DNA from: Psammoneis japonica
Lineage: Eukaryota
Assembly: GCA_008632985.1 (NCBI GenBank)
Contig: QPGO01000079.1
Span: forward strand, 186,001 to 250,000
Length of the DNA: 64,000 nucleotides
Direction of reading: 5' to 3'
Positions 1 to 12,972 of this stretch are shown in pieces. Under the pieces are notes generated by a model. It saw nothing but the letters and a program-made list of their open reading frames with translations. It was not told the DNA's origin and made no database searches. Each line of letters starts with the position of its first letter. Position 1 is the stretch's first letter. The translations under genes and the position numbers were made by a program.

Positions 1-1555
1 TGGGTGGTCTTTGCTTGGTTCATGGACAGCAACATGGCCACATCATTGACAAAGGACAATGGGATTTGCATGTCTGCAATGCTGTTTATGACCATGTTCT
101 GGCTGATCACATCTGATTGCACTTTCAAGGCAAAGCTTGCTGGTTGGTCACAATCCCTTCAGTCATGCACAACATGTGGATTGACATTTTCTGAGAGATC
201 ATGTCCACCAAGGCCAAGCTGAGCTGGACTTCAACAAACTTCTTTTGGCCAAGGCAGAGGAGATCTGCTCACAGGTGCCTCCTGCACACATGGGCTTGTG
301 TGGCTGTTCAAATGTCTCCTTTCTTTGCTCATGCAACAGCGGTGCAAAGTTGTGGCAAGTCCTGCTGACATGCCACTTGGCAGTGCCGCATGAGCTTCTG
401 CAAGCTCATTCCACAGCAGTGATCACCAGGCATGCAATTCCTTTCACAGTCTCTCTGCTGCTGTTGGTCATCAACCCGGGTGTGGTCCATGCATCTGCAA
501 CCAAGGTGTTTGAGCCAGCTGCAATCTGTTGGGCAGCACCTGCAGAGCTGGCAGCATTGTGGTTAAATCCAGCACATCTTGCAACACCAGGGAGTGTTGG
601 TGTGGTGCCTGGAAGATCCAGGCATCTTGCAAGGTGAGACAGGTGGTGGCTCCGGTGGGTGCACCAAGAGGCATGGTGATGGGAAGTTCTTGGATCCCCA
701 ATGTGCAGGGCTGGGTCAGTGGCAAGTCATTCTTGGTTTGCACACTGTGCCACAGGTGCCCTTTGTGCCAGTGGCATTTGTGTTGTGTGCATCATGTGGC
801 CACATGACAGATTGGGGTGATTGCCCCCAAGAGGCACATGTCACCCACAAATGCACGGGCGTGTCTGTCAAAACAGGGACAGTGCCATGCACAAGTGTGT
901 GTTGGTGGGTTTTGTTCTGCATGATGGTGGTGTCCTTGAACAACTCCTGGATGGCCACCAGCTGGGGCACCAGTGTCTCCACTGACATGACTTGGGGCAT
1001 GGCGGGTGCACCCACACTGCTTGCATTGCAAACCATCATGGCAGCAAGTTCTTGGGGTGTGTGTGTGCACCACATTGCTTGGGGGTGGCACTGTGAAGAC
1101 ACCAGTGCACCAGGTGGCTCTGTGCATCCCCTGAAAGGGGTCCTTGTCAGCATTGGTGAAGCACTGGTGACACAGGGGGCAAATCCTGATGGTTGCCCTG
1201 TCACTTCATCCAAACACTTTTTCTGCCCTGACTTTGCTGCATCCAAGACTCAAGCACTTTCTGTGAAGGTGTGGAATGGAAGTTGCAAAAAACGAGAAAA
1301 GCATGGCAGGAACACAGAGCTTTTCTGCACCAAGAGCATTTGCTGTGTCTCAGCTCAGGGGACGGCAGATGCTCCTTGCTGGGCATGAGATTGCGGGCAA
1401 CCTCCTGCTCAACTTGTTGCTGGAGTGAGCAACAGATGATTCATTGCCACAGCTTCTTGTCTTTGCATGCTGTCGAGATGATGAAGCAGGAGACACTGCC
1501 AGACCTGACTGACATTTTGCAGTCGCAGCACAGTCAAGACCCAAGGAAGCAAAAG
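1..1555. other. TpA/CpG-depleted degenerate block, probably a decayed repeat or TE of unidentified family
   Basis: I find only about two TA dinucleotides (near 87 and 564) and very few CG in 1.5 kb. All ORFs are Cys/His-rich and Tyr-free. No domain recognised. Confidence 0.6.
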
Positions 1556-2200
1556 CTTACGAGATGGAGCACAACTGCTGACAGTTAAAGATGGCTTTTT
1601 TTTATTATTAAGATCAAAAGCATTCTTTACGCTCAGTTCGAGCCTCCACGGCTGTTTTGATCTGCTGTATATTTTTTTTCTCTGGAGTTGCGTCTCAACA
1701 AATAAAATGGCTGCTCAAGTTTGTATCGTCTACGACTTGTAGGGAGTGCCTCAGGTCTGATTGTCCACAGGTCCAAGGCATCCGTGAAGTACTTGCCCCC
1801 GTGATCCTCTTTTTCTGCAATCACAGTCTGCTTTTCTGTGTATCAAAGACTGTTTGTGAACGATTCTCTTCTCCGTTTCCGTGAGCTCTAACGATTCCAT
1901 CTGCTCGGTCAACGACAATTCCAACTCTCCCACAAAGTCTAAGCACCTGAGATACTAGTAACAAGGTCATCCATCGAGTCTCTCCTCTCTCTTCTTCATA
2001 TCTAGCAGTTTATGAAGAGTCGTTGTGTTTCGATTGATTGCTTTCTAGTACCTGCGCTTTATAGACGGGATGAATAATTGGATCGATTTTCTTCCTATGG
2101 AGGAATTATTATAGATCTACACTTCTTTTATACCTGTGCAATCTCCTCTCTCTCTCTAGGTCCCAAACTCTTCAAAGCCGTGATTTCATCATAAATCAAA

Positions 2201-3228
2201 CTACTTGTCTGTAGACCCATCATAAATTTCCGAAGCACGAAAAAACGTTTCACGATGAAGAGCATACTCCTTCATGGAAACGGGATGAACCCCCGATTCG
2301 GCCGTGGCGGCGGCATATTTACTGTACTCGTTCTTGAGCGAAGGACTGGCTATCAAATTGCGGCGGGTACGAACACAGGATTGTCGCTGCTTGGGCGACG
2401 GGCTATTATTATTGCCATGGACAATCACCAAATGTTCCGTACAATCGAGCTTTTCAAAATAGGCTCGGGCGGCATCCACGGACGTGTTGGATGAGGGCTG
2501 TTGAATCACAATGGGTTCGTCGCAAAAGTCAAACACCGAAGAATCATCGGATGGTGGCGTGGGTTTGACAAGAGATGATGATGCTCGCTTTCGCCTTTTG
2601 GAAGTTCGTACAAGTCTATTCTTTGTTTCTGGAGGAGGAGGTGCCAATGTTTCTAACACAGACGTTGTATTGCTGCTCTTGATTTGTTCGTCCTCATCAA
2701 GAGTCGTCGAACTAGGCTCCCTTGCTGCTACTTCAGAGCTCGGAGACGACGTGATGGAGTCTGTTTCTGCCGAGGAATTCCGAGCTTCGTCGTCTTCGTC
2801 GGATTTTCTCTTACCCAAGTAAGAGTCGCTCTTCCAGTCGGCACGAGAGAGGGCCAGTCGTAGAATCTTGCGGGCACCATACTTTTTACGGCTCTTTTTC
2901 TCAAAAGCCCAGTCGCTATTATTATTGGGAGGCGTAGGCGGCGGCGACTCCTTGACGTCGTCCTGATTTGTGTCTGGCTTTTTCGTTGTAGTCTTGTAAA
3001 TAGGACGACACAAAACGTCGTCCCAACCAATACACTCTTGGCTACATTGCGTAGGAAAGTCTTCTACTTCCTTAGCTTCCTCGTCTGGTTCGTTGATATC
3101 ATCGTCGTCATTTTTCTGCTGCTTTTCGGGTGCATCGGAGGTTTCAGCGTCAAGGCTAGCGAAACTTGGGTGCGTCGCCTCTTGAGCCAAATGCCAGCCT
3201 TACCGCCATAGCTGCGTTCGAGTTTCAT
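2201..3228 (-). CDS. Hypothetical low-complexity (Ser/Asp/Lys-rich) protein; 5' end uncertain
   Basis: 329-aa ORF 2201-3190 with normal composition. The nearest upstream ATG (MKLERSYGG, 3228) is in another frame, implying a frameshift or small intron. Confidence 0.5.
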
Positions 3229-3696
3229 TGTAGCGAGGTAGTGTAGTGATGATACGATACGTCGTTGCGTTCCATATACCCTACAGTACAGTAGCAACAA
3301 CAATAACAGCACAACATACAAGTCGACTGATTTTTGTTGAGTTGCGTGCTTTTTGAACAGCGCGTTGAGAAATTTGAATCAAATATAACATTATCTACAG
3401 GATCGAATATATTTTGAAATCTGCCAATGTCATAATAATAAAAACCTTCGCTCACGCATTACTTTAAAATATGAAGCTTGGCCGGCGCGATGCGTGCGTT
3501 GGCGGGAGCTTCTTTGATCGACGAAAAACGGCTGGTCGTGCCAACCCAAAACGCGGCTGTTTATTATTGTCGCTGTTGTTGCTCTTGTCTTCTCTGAGCA
3601 AAGTGTGTACTTGTTGTTCTTGTCTATATAGACGCAAGAAGTGTTTAAACGTGTTTTTGTACGAGTCTAGGATAATAGAGACAAGAGATTGACAGC

Positions 3697-5859
3697 ATGG
3701 CAGAAGTTATCGAACTCGCTTCTGAGCAGCCGGCAGGGGAAGAAGAAGAAGAGCCTAATTCGTCGAATCACTTTGAATTGGCCGATTCGTTTGTTGCAGA
3801 CAGTCGAGATGAAGCCTCTATCCATTCTACTCCTGGCGTGACTCCAGTACGGCCTGGATTCTTTCGTTTAACAACGCTGGCCTTGAGAAATTATTATACG
3901 CGATTAACCACGCAGCCTCCTCCGAATTCAGACGATGATGAAGCCGATGATAATATCGAACAACAAGCCAACGACAATGACATTGCTGTGGATACTCAAC
4001 GCCCCAAAGTTTCGCTTGCTCGTGCTGCCACGACACCTCGTATTTGTCTCTTGTTGGTGCCGCTCTTGTGCTTGGTTTCACACGTGATTTTTTATATCGG
4101 TCAAACGTCACCCATGTGGAAACTGACGCTGGCTGCCAACAATATTTCCGTTTGGGCCAATGCCACCAGCAAAACATCACGTTATGCTTTTGACGCGTTG
4201 AATCTACACGATCAAAACCATTACACCATGGATCACAACACAACGGTGCAAAGCTTTACCTATGGTTTTAGTGTCAAGGAAATGTGGGAGGCCAAAGGCA
4301 TGCCGGGAACGTTCTTGCCCCGCATGGCGGCCGTCTTGTTGGTGCTCTTTTCCGGAGTGTGGCCTCATTTAAAGTTGATTTGTTGCAAACGACGTGGTGG
4401 AGTCGGGGATACAGCGAACGACCCCAAGCTCGACCCGCACTTTGGGATGGCTTGCACTGTTTGGCAAATGGTCTCTTGCCGATGTCCTTACCGTGTGTGT
4501 CATGGTGGGTGTGTTGAATCTCGAGTGGGACATTGATCCGCCCGTCATTAAGGAAGGGATCATGAATCATTTGCAAACCATTTTGCACTTGGTTCAATTG
4601 GTGTATACGGATGCGCAGCTGTGTAGCAAGTTTTTAAAGTTTGATGCCTCCAATTGCGGCAGTGGCAACTGAGTATTATGCAAAAATTAAAATGCCGCAC
4701 GTGCAAGAGTTTTGTCGATGAAGCCTTTTATCGACCGGGAGCGGTCGACAAGACGGGCAGAGCCATCATGAAGGATATCGCAACGAGTGGCGGCGGCATT
4801 GTCCGGCTCTCCGTCCAAGGCTTGCATGGGATTTACTTTTTCTGCGCCGCGATTTGCCTCAGTATTCTGCTGAGTGTTCTGGTGGAGTGGTACGACAAGA
4901 AGTATATCGAATCCTTGCGCAAAGAGCATCGGCGGCTCTATTCCATGAGCTCTACTCATTCCTTGCTGCTGACGGATGACGAGACACCGCCGCCGCCGCC
5001 ATCCATGGAGGACTCGGTCCTTTCCGAACCACTCTTGGATCCCACCGAACAGTCGCAAGACCAAGACGACCCGACGGGATTCCAACCCATGGAATTGATG
5101 CAAGATGACCACTCTATCTTTTCAAGCATAATCCATCGTACAACACAGTCACGTACCTACCAGTGCTTTCAATGCCACTATATTGTTCCAATCGTGACGC
5201 TCATCTTTGTCGTGTTGGCTATTTATCTGCCATCCATGAAGCGTCGAGTCGAAGGAGCCATACCGCTGCTTTTAAAAGATATTTTGGGAATCCATCTGGA
5301 CAAGGTGTATTCTCTTGATACACTCAGACAAACTTGTGGCGCCGCCGGTGGAATGGATCTCTTTTTGATGGCAACCTTTGGTTTATTCATTGTGGTGGGA
5401 CCCTTGGTACGGGCCGTGTTGGTGGTTGCGGCTGCCATGACCAAGCCAGAAGGCGAATCCACGAAACGGATTCGATCCATTCTCGTCTCAACGGCTAACT
5501 TTCTCGCAGCCTTTTGTGCGTGGGAAGTGTTTTTCCCGGCACTTGTCATGGTGGAACTCATCATGCCTTCCACGACTGCGACCATTTTGAATACAGATTT
5601 TTGTCATGTGATTTCCGGAGACGGATCGTCTTGTTTGATTGTCGGATTTGAAAACGTTCCATCCACGTTTGCTTGCTTGATTGGTGGCTTTTTGCTGGTG
5701 GGAGGATTGGCCATTCGTGTCTCGACGGACGAGAAGAATGAACGACTCATTGCGGAGACCAATCATCGCATTGACGGCACGGGTGATACTGGCAGTTTGA
5801 CTGTACGCGAATTGATTGAGAACAATACCGATGGTGGTGACGTGATTGTACGAGTATAA
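3697..5859 (+). CDS. PqiA-like multi-pass membrane protein, with apparent frameshifts near 4380 and 4670
   Basis: Three consecutive ORFs (3697-4536, 4394-4672, 4654-5859) join the motifs LLVLFSGVWPHLKL and LFGKWSLADV, typical of paraquat-inducible protein A domains. Several TM helices. Confidence 0.55.
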
Positions 5860-6536
5860 GAACGAGACGACCAAAAGACGTTGGTTCCCTACAGTACTTG
5901 CAATCAGTTACCGCCTTTGCCGCCTCCCAGTCATCACGACGAACTCTTCCGCCGTGTGAAAGTTTCCATGAGGATATTCTGATTTGAAAGAACGATGCGT
6001 TTGGTACTGCGCTCCTTTTGAAGCTTCGTCGCATACGTTAACTCAGCACACACATATATTGTACTTATGAATGAAAAACCATAATATTTGTTACTTGGGA
6101 AGCTTCCATGTCCGCACTGCCAACCGCCCCACCTCTAGTTACATCAGTAAGTTCCATGCAAGCAGCCTGCCTCCCCACCTCTAGCTCAAGAGATACTACG
6201 AAGCACCTACTATCTAGGCCCTATGCCTACTACGACAAGCAGTGATACCCTAGAGTATGCCCCAATCCCTCCCAAAGCGATCAAAGTTCAAGATGCAAAC
6301 CCATGAATCTCCTTGTGGGTTCCAGGCCCCGATGGACCGTACGTATTTCCCGGCCGTTTCACCCGCCCCGCGCTTCGTGACGGATCTATCGCATGATGTC
6401 TGACTTCCTACAGCTCATCATATCCCATACCCTCGGCACTGATATTGGGGCTTCTGTTCCTTCCTTTCTAGAGCCCAGACAGTATCTTTAATTCGGTCAA
6501 ACACCGTTCCGATTGTCGCTTCTGTTCGCTTGTGAC

Positions 6537-7842
6537 CTATCGTACTCTACTGCCCGTACGTCCTGCAGATTGGAGAAGTTTCTCTCTTTCCAACTTGTCG
6601 TTCTTTGAAGTTTCCAATGCAGTCATGGGTATGACGCTCGGCTTACTTTCGTCGTCATCACTGTCGCCCTCTTCACCACAACATATTATTCCCCAACACT
6701 CATTGTAATTCATATCAAGAGACGAAACCGTATAGACAGTCACTGTCACCATGGCAATCCCGAGTCCGACCCATTCCAGCCAATTGTGCACCGCCTCATG
6801 GAGAAAAAGACTGGACAAGAGTGCCGATGAGACAACACGGACGGCCGATAGACTGGAATACAAGGCGGGTCCCATGCTTCGAACCAAGGACATTTGACCC
6901 ACACTGCCAATGGTGTAAACCAAAACGGCAAGAGTGCTCCAGGCTAGAAAACTCGAGAAACTGAAACGCGCAAAGGCATACCAGCCAGTGGGATTGGTCA
7001 CGAGGGTGTAGAGCAAGGGAAACAACGTGTTACAGGCATTGTTTGTTTGGACGGCTTCATCTCGGGTCAGAATATTCTCGGTCCGTTTCATCAAGAGGCG
7101 AGCGGCCGCGGAAAAACACATGGATGTGAATTGCAACACACACCCAATCACATCGGATGCTGTGAAGGTTGTTGTTTCATCTTGTGAAGCAAAATAAGAA
7201 CTGTGCGACATTCCAATTGTTGCGCCGCTTACAAAGGTGGCAAAGACACAAGGCCAGAGTGCTGGTGGCAAGTCCGTATGGAGCAAGAGAGAATCTCCAA
7301 TTGAAACAACAATAGGCGTCAAGCTGTTGATGGTGGCTGTTTGGCGTGTATCACATGATTATGAAAGAGCAGATACAAACTGGAAGTCAATCGAATCATG
7401 TCATACAAACGTTTTCAGCAAAACAAAACATTCTATGACCTCGCGACTCACTCAGATAGTAAGAAACCGTGAACTTGGTGCTAGCAACATTCAGGGCAGC
7501 TCGACACGTCGCCACGATTCCAAAGAGCAGTGCAAACGCGAGCTTCTCGATGGGCTTATTGGAACTCGGATTTTCATGAATACTGCCGTCTCCAATCTCA
7601 TCTTTTTCTTCGTTTTGAGCGCTACTCTGTTGTTCTGAGCAAACACCACAGTGACTTGCGGTATAAATGAGAATCGCAGAAGCAAACTTGACAGTACAAA
7701 GAACGCCTTGACTGTCAAAGACTAGCGGTGTTGCATAAACCAACAGATATCGCGATGCTACAGGCTGCGTCGACCAAACAATGTGATTGAAAAGCGCCAT
7801 GATAAAACGGCGATTTCGTTCCAATGCGGTTGTCATAGTCAT
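6537..7842 (-). CDS. EamA/DMT-family transporter, 2 exons (intron 7337-7451)
   Basis: About 10 hydrophobic helices. GTGAGT donor at 7451 and CAG acceptor at 7337 join ORFs 7396-7851 and 6537-7322 in frame. Confidence 0.7.
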
Positions 7843-8423
7843 GCTGATCAAGACGACTAGACACGGCGCTCCTCACTGTTCTGCACTTTTGGTTGTCATG
7901 AGAGTCTTGGTATTGACAAAAAGCGAAAGACCAAAAAAACCAAAAAATCCAAAAGCCATGGTGGTCACAGCATCGTTTTTTGGTCGAAGAAGTCCATAAA
8001 AATTATAAATACATGTTTGAATACAAAAATGATTATTTGAAATATAATTTATATACGAATACTTATACCGAACATACCTCAACGGAAACAAGTCGATTGA
8101 CTCGTGACAGCTTTTTTGGAACTCGTGACCGCGTGAAATACCGCTTCTTCTTCTGCGTTGCATTCGATAAAAAACGCGACTGACACACACCACCGCGTTG
8201 TCTTTGTTGTCGACTTGTAATACAAAGGCTGAAAAGAACAGGAAAGAGAGTTGTTGACAACGAGAAAAGTGAAGTGACTCACGCGAATTGTACTCGAGAC
8301 CGGGAACGCACATCAGGAAACGTGACTCTCATTGTCAATCACGAGTTTCAGAACGTCTGGTATCTTTTTCACGTAGAGTTTTACGTCTCAGAAATTTGAC
8401 TCATTTCAAAACGACGACAAAAG

Positions 8424-10793
8424 ATGTCCAAGAGGAAAGGCAACCGAGGCACTGCGGGTGTTCCGACGGCGGCCGACGATCCGCTTGGAAACATGACGGA
8501 GCCCAAAGTGGAGGAGACATGGGGACACCGAGCTGTGGTTCTGCTTCGTGATTTGATAAGCCTCCACGATCTTCTTGGGCAAGAAACTCTGGTGGTTGGG
8601 CAGCAAACAGACGAAGAATCATCGAAACCGAATGTGATTTGCAAAAGCAAGCTGGCGCCGCGCCTTTGGGAAATTCTCGACAAGGGATACGAGTACGATG
8701 TCCCAGATGCGCCAACGAAACCACCGTCCTTTCTAATTGGGCAAGAAGAGTTTCTACAAGAAGAGGGCGCGATCAGTAGAGGAGTTTACATCCATTCCCT
8801 GGAGTTTGTCACATCCGTTGTAGATGAATTCAGTCAAGCTCCCGATGAGCAGCAAGCTGAGAAGGATGAGGAAGCTGATAAAAAAGGCAGTACAGGTGAA
8901 GAGGAGAAGCGGGGGGCACAGCAAGGGGCACTTATACCTGGTAATGCGGACGTTCGCTTGCTAAGAAGTGGACAAGAAGACTCCTATGTTGGTCAGGCTG
9001 ATTTGCCGGGTAATGAGCGCCTACTCGGTTTGGTGGATCAGTATGTCAGGGTCCACAGCGAGAAAGATCGTCTCAGTACGCTCTCGTCCAAGAAGCGAGC
9101 CGTGGCAGCTTTGGCGATCCTAGACCTGACGCTCGAAGCAGAATCTGGCAGCAAAAGGCACGATGTTGGTATTCCATCCAAAGCACAATTTGTCATTGCC
9201 TTGGAGAAGGATGGTGATAAGGTTTGGGAACCAGTGAGTCGCACCGCTGCTGCCGAGATCACGCTTATTCTTTTGTTTCAGAAGTTTCTAGAGAGAGACC
9301 AGGCGCCGTGGGGGATCTTGAGGAACGCTTCGGGTGAGCCGGAAGGGGCAACCCTACAAGACTTTTCCAAGCCTGGAACCGATCCCATCATCGCACCTGA
9401 ACCCCATGACGTCTTGTTTGGCCGTGGCGGGCTTACAAACAACCATCCGGGCAACAGAAGGTACGTCTGACTATCTGCCTGTGTTACTAAACCGTTATCG
9501 ATTCCAAGGCTCATGTATTACTTGTTTCTTTTCTGATGGTCAGATATCGCGATATTATATCCCTGCACCGGCCGGACTACGTAAGCGCGGTCAAAGTCGA
9601 GAAGCCAAACGTTGCGAAAAGGATTGTGAGAGCCATTCGCACCGGAGTACCAGCCGGTCGATTTCTCAAGAAGAAAGCCGAAGATAACATGTGGTATGAC
9701 GTCGGAGATCGGCACGCAGCCGAGAAAACTTCGCAGGTGAGTTGTGAGTCGGTTCGCGAAAAGCCGTTGAGTTTCACTTGTAGTCTAACCTTTTACTCAT
9801 TCAAAAATAGGCGCTTCGAGAGAAGGTGAAATACAAGAGCAAGCCCACTTCGGACAAGCCCATCAAACCTGGCTCGGCTAAAAGTCTTGCAGCGACTTTG
9901 ACTGCTAACCGACCATTTGCAAGCGGTGCGTCAGTCGGACCCTATTCCATGGCCCTTCGCGAATTTCATGACAAGGAGGAAGAAGAGAAGGAGAAAGCCA
10001 AGGAAGCAATGTATCGACGTCCCTCGAAGAACGACGCGAAGAATGGCAGTGGTGAAAACGCACAAGACGATTCAGAAAAGATGGTTATTGCTCCGGTCGA
10101 CGAAAAGGGAAATATTGTTGTTACCGATCATGACATTTTGTGCGGGCGTGGGGGTCTCACAAATATGCACAAGGTAAATGACTTGTGTTGTTTAGACCAA
10201 TTCAAATGTAATCTGTGGCTAATTATTCAGTCTCCTTTTTTCCATAAGGGAAACAAGCGTTTCAGAGATATTGTTAGCCTTCATCGGGAGGACTACACAC
10301 GGGCATCCAAGGTACTGAAACCCAATGTGGCTCGACTCATTGTGAATGCAATTCGACAAGGTGATCCGCCAGGTCGCTTCCTAAAGAAAGACAGCGAAAC
10401 GGGTTTGTGGTTTGATGTTGGAGACAAAAAGGCTGCAGAGAAATGTTCTCAGGTGAGATTGAGACAGGTGTCGGAAATGGCTGGAGCAAAGGTTTTCTTA
10501 AGTCTTACCCCTTCTCTCACTTTTCGTATCAGGCGCTCCGCGAAAAAGGCATGTACGGGGGGAAGGATGGCTCGTCGCAAAAGGATAAAGCCTCCAAAGC
10601 CAAGAAGGACGACGCAGTGCCGATTGCCCCACGCGAAGCTTCTACGGATGAGAAATCGGCAGGCGAAGGGAAAGCCGAAAGGGAAGGGGATGATGAGGCA
10701 AAGACACCAGCATCGTCTGGCGAAGGAAGATCTGCTGAGGAAGGAGAAGAAGAGGCAAAGACACTGACACCAAAACAAACTGTGTCTGTTTGA
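8424..10793 (+). CDS. Protein with two DUF6824 (HDVLxGRGG...GNxR) domains; introns 9461-9543, 9737-9810, 10174-10248, 10453-10532
   Basis: HDVLFGRGGLTNNHPGNRR and HDILCGRGGLTNMHKGNKRFR, each followed by GRFLKK...W.DVGD..A.EK.SQ. Four GT-AG introns keep the frame. Confidence 0.8.
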
Positions 10794-11078
10794 TTAGAAA
10801 ACGTACGTCTCAGTTGACAGTGTAAATGGTATCGCTTGCGTTGTAGAGCGGATGGGAAGGGGACGAAAAACTATGGAGGCAACTGTTAAATGCTTGTATG
10901 CAAACCATTTCGTGTTCAACGTTTGGCGCATTGGGGGGATATTGTTTCAGTAAAGTGTAGTTGCCGCACGAGTTGTAGAAGGAAGGGACGAAAGCTCTCA
11001 GCGAAAGCTAGTTATTATGTGATTAAAACAAAGTTCATCGCCAAGCGAGGCTGCTCTCAGTCTTACTATGTTTCTTCG

Positions 11079-11729
11079 TCAGGTGCGAAACATTGCATCC
11101 ATGAAATCGCCTCCGTATCGATCGTTGTATAGCTTTGCAAACATTATACATAATGTGGTCCAGAATGACAAAATTGGAAGGGCCATCCAAACGGAATCTA
11201 CAATTTCATTCTTCACTGATTTCATCTCGACTTCTTCTGGAGTCACCACGACGGGTTCTTCGTTGTACTGTTTATTGTAAAGCACCACATATCGCGTGAA
11301 TCCATCTGGACGACTTACCTCCATACTTTGTGCTGGAACCTTATCAACAAGTCCATCTTCTCTTGCTCCTTGGTCAAACATGTCCATGACCTCATAGGTT
11401 TGGTGAATTTTGATGCCCAGGGATGGAATTTCACGTCCAGCAACAATCATGGAGCCAACACGAATCCCATTCTCTCCGCCATCATCAACGATGGAGCGAA
11501 TCATTTTTCCCAGTCCCTCACCACGGCTTTCGTCGGTAGTGTCTTCTTGGAGCGCTTGCAACGTGGAGAAAGGCGGTGTGTTGCGAGCTTGTACTTGTTT
11601 CCGCGGCAAATCAATGATTCCAGCTCTCGATTGTCGGCCATGAAAAGAAACACATTGAAACGCAAACGGAGTATCAAGTAACAGGCAAAACAGTAGCAGA
11701 ATGACGGCTAGAAGGTTCATCATTGTCAT
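11079..11729 (-). CDS. Hypothetical protein with signal peptide (possibly plastid-targeted) and C-terminal TM helix
   Basis: Single ORF; hydrophobic N-terminus ending PFAF, resembling a diatom bipartite leader. Confidence 0.55.
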   Translation of the reverse strand: MTMMNLLAVILLLFCLLLDTPFAFQCVSFHGRQSRAGIIDLPRKQVQARNTPPFSTLQALQEDTTDESRGEGLGKMIRSIVDDGGENGIRVGSMIVAGREIPSLGIKIHQTYEVMDMFDQGAREDGLVDKVPAQSMEVSRPDGFTRYVVLYNKQYNEEPVVVTPEEVEMKSVKNEIVDSVWMALPILSFWTTLCIMFAKLYNDRYGGDFMDAMFRT

Positions 11730-12087
11730 ATCCTTCTCACTGAAGAAGTTCAAAGTGAGAAAAATAAAAGCGAGGTCAGCCGGCCGGCCGGGCGTCGGCG
11801 GCAACTTTTGTGCGTGCGCACCCAGCGCGGAAACGGTTGCTTCTTTTTAACCTTTTCAGTGACGGTGGCATCCAAAAGTGTGTTTGTCACGGACTCGTTG
11901 GCCTCACATCAAACAATGTAAGAAGAACAAAATAAAAGTTCGTCTTCGTATTATCGTCATTTCACAAACGTCCGGAAAAATTCACAGTTGCGACATTCAG
12001 GGTGGCAAGCTGGTGCCGGTAGGGATCAGGACTCACGGATCATATATCGAAAATGCGAGGTGAAAGAAACCTAGATTGTCAAAAGTT

Positions 12088-12090
<3 letters not shown>

Positions 12091-12119
<29 letters not shown>
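12091..12119. repeat. (AG)n microsatellite
   Basis: About 14 AG units seen directly. Confidence 0.95.
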
Positions 12120-12123
<4 letters not shown>

Positions 12124-12203
12124 CGCAAACCATAGCAAGTTACGGTAGATGACAGCAATTGTTTCTCTTTATCGAAAGCACCCACGCCAACAGGTAAGTC
12201 CAA

Positions 12204-12575
12204 TCATTTTGTTGGATGAGCTGGTGGCAAAACTTCCTTTGTCATTCCCGCAGCCCACTCTGCTTCTTGCTGCGTATACTTTTCTTCCTTTAATTCCTTA
12301 CACCTTCGCTTGTAATATCGACTTTTCTTGTGATCCGCGAGTGCCTTGGCATCACAAAAGTGCTTTCCAGTCTCAACGCAGTAAAACTGACCACCTCCCG
12401 GCAATTCATCATCATAATCAAACTTGATTGGTTTTCCCGTTTCCACCGCCTTTTCAATTTCATCCTGAATCTGGTCCGTGTCCTTGGCTCGGTGACACAA
12501 CCACGTCTTGCGCTTGTACTTTTTTATCTTGGAACGTGCGCCTTTTTTATTTCTTCCCGTTGGTCCGTTTCCCAT
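12204..12575 (-). CDS. BUD20: Zinc finger protein 593 / Bud20 (60S biogenesis)
   Basis: KDTDQIQDE...DELPGGGQFYCVETGKHF...HKKSRYYKRRCKELKEEKYTQQEAEWAAG matches the ZNF593/Bud20 pattern. Confidence 0.85.
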   Translation of the reverse strand: MGNGPTGRNKKGARSKIKKYKRKTWLCHRAKDTDQIQDEIEKAVETGKPIKFDYDDELPGGGQFYCVETGKHFCDAKALADHKKSRYYKRRCKELKEEKYTQQEAEWAAGMTKEVLPPAHPTK

Positions 12576-12972
12576 GATTGTTTGAATTCGTTCCAATGCG
12601 AGTCTGATATGTTTACGAGTTCAACACGTAGTCCAATGATCTCTCTTGCCGTACGTCAAGGACTCCACAACCTCGGTTGGGTTTCGTTGCGATGCAACTC
12701 CACACGACGCAAAGAACAGAAGAAAAAAGTGAGACGAAACTTTCAACTTTATTTTTGTGTGGCGATGGTGAAATGAACGAACACGTACGAGGGGCGGACC
12801 ATCATGCAGTCTGTCCGCGCGCCGCTCCACGTACGCGCCGCCTTCACATTTCACATTCTTTTGTGTGTCGGCGTGTTCGACCATGGTGTGACTGCGCGAT
12901 TGCTACGTACTGTAACATTGATCTTGAGAAGATTAGAACTGTATCCGGTATAAAGCGGAAAGCGTTGAACAA

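Noticed and set aside
1633..1933. Short minus-strand ORFs as a gene
   Set aside because: Two ~60-aa fragments in different frames with no recognisable motif.
6127..6184. 12-bp direct repeat ccccacctctag
   Set aside because: Too short and isolated to assign significance.
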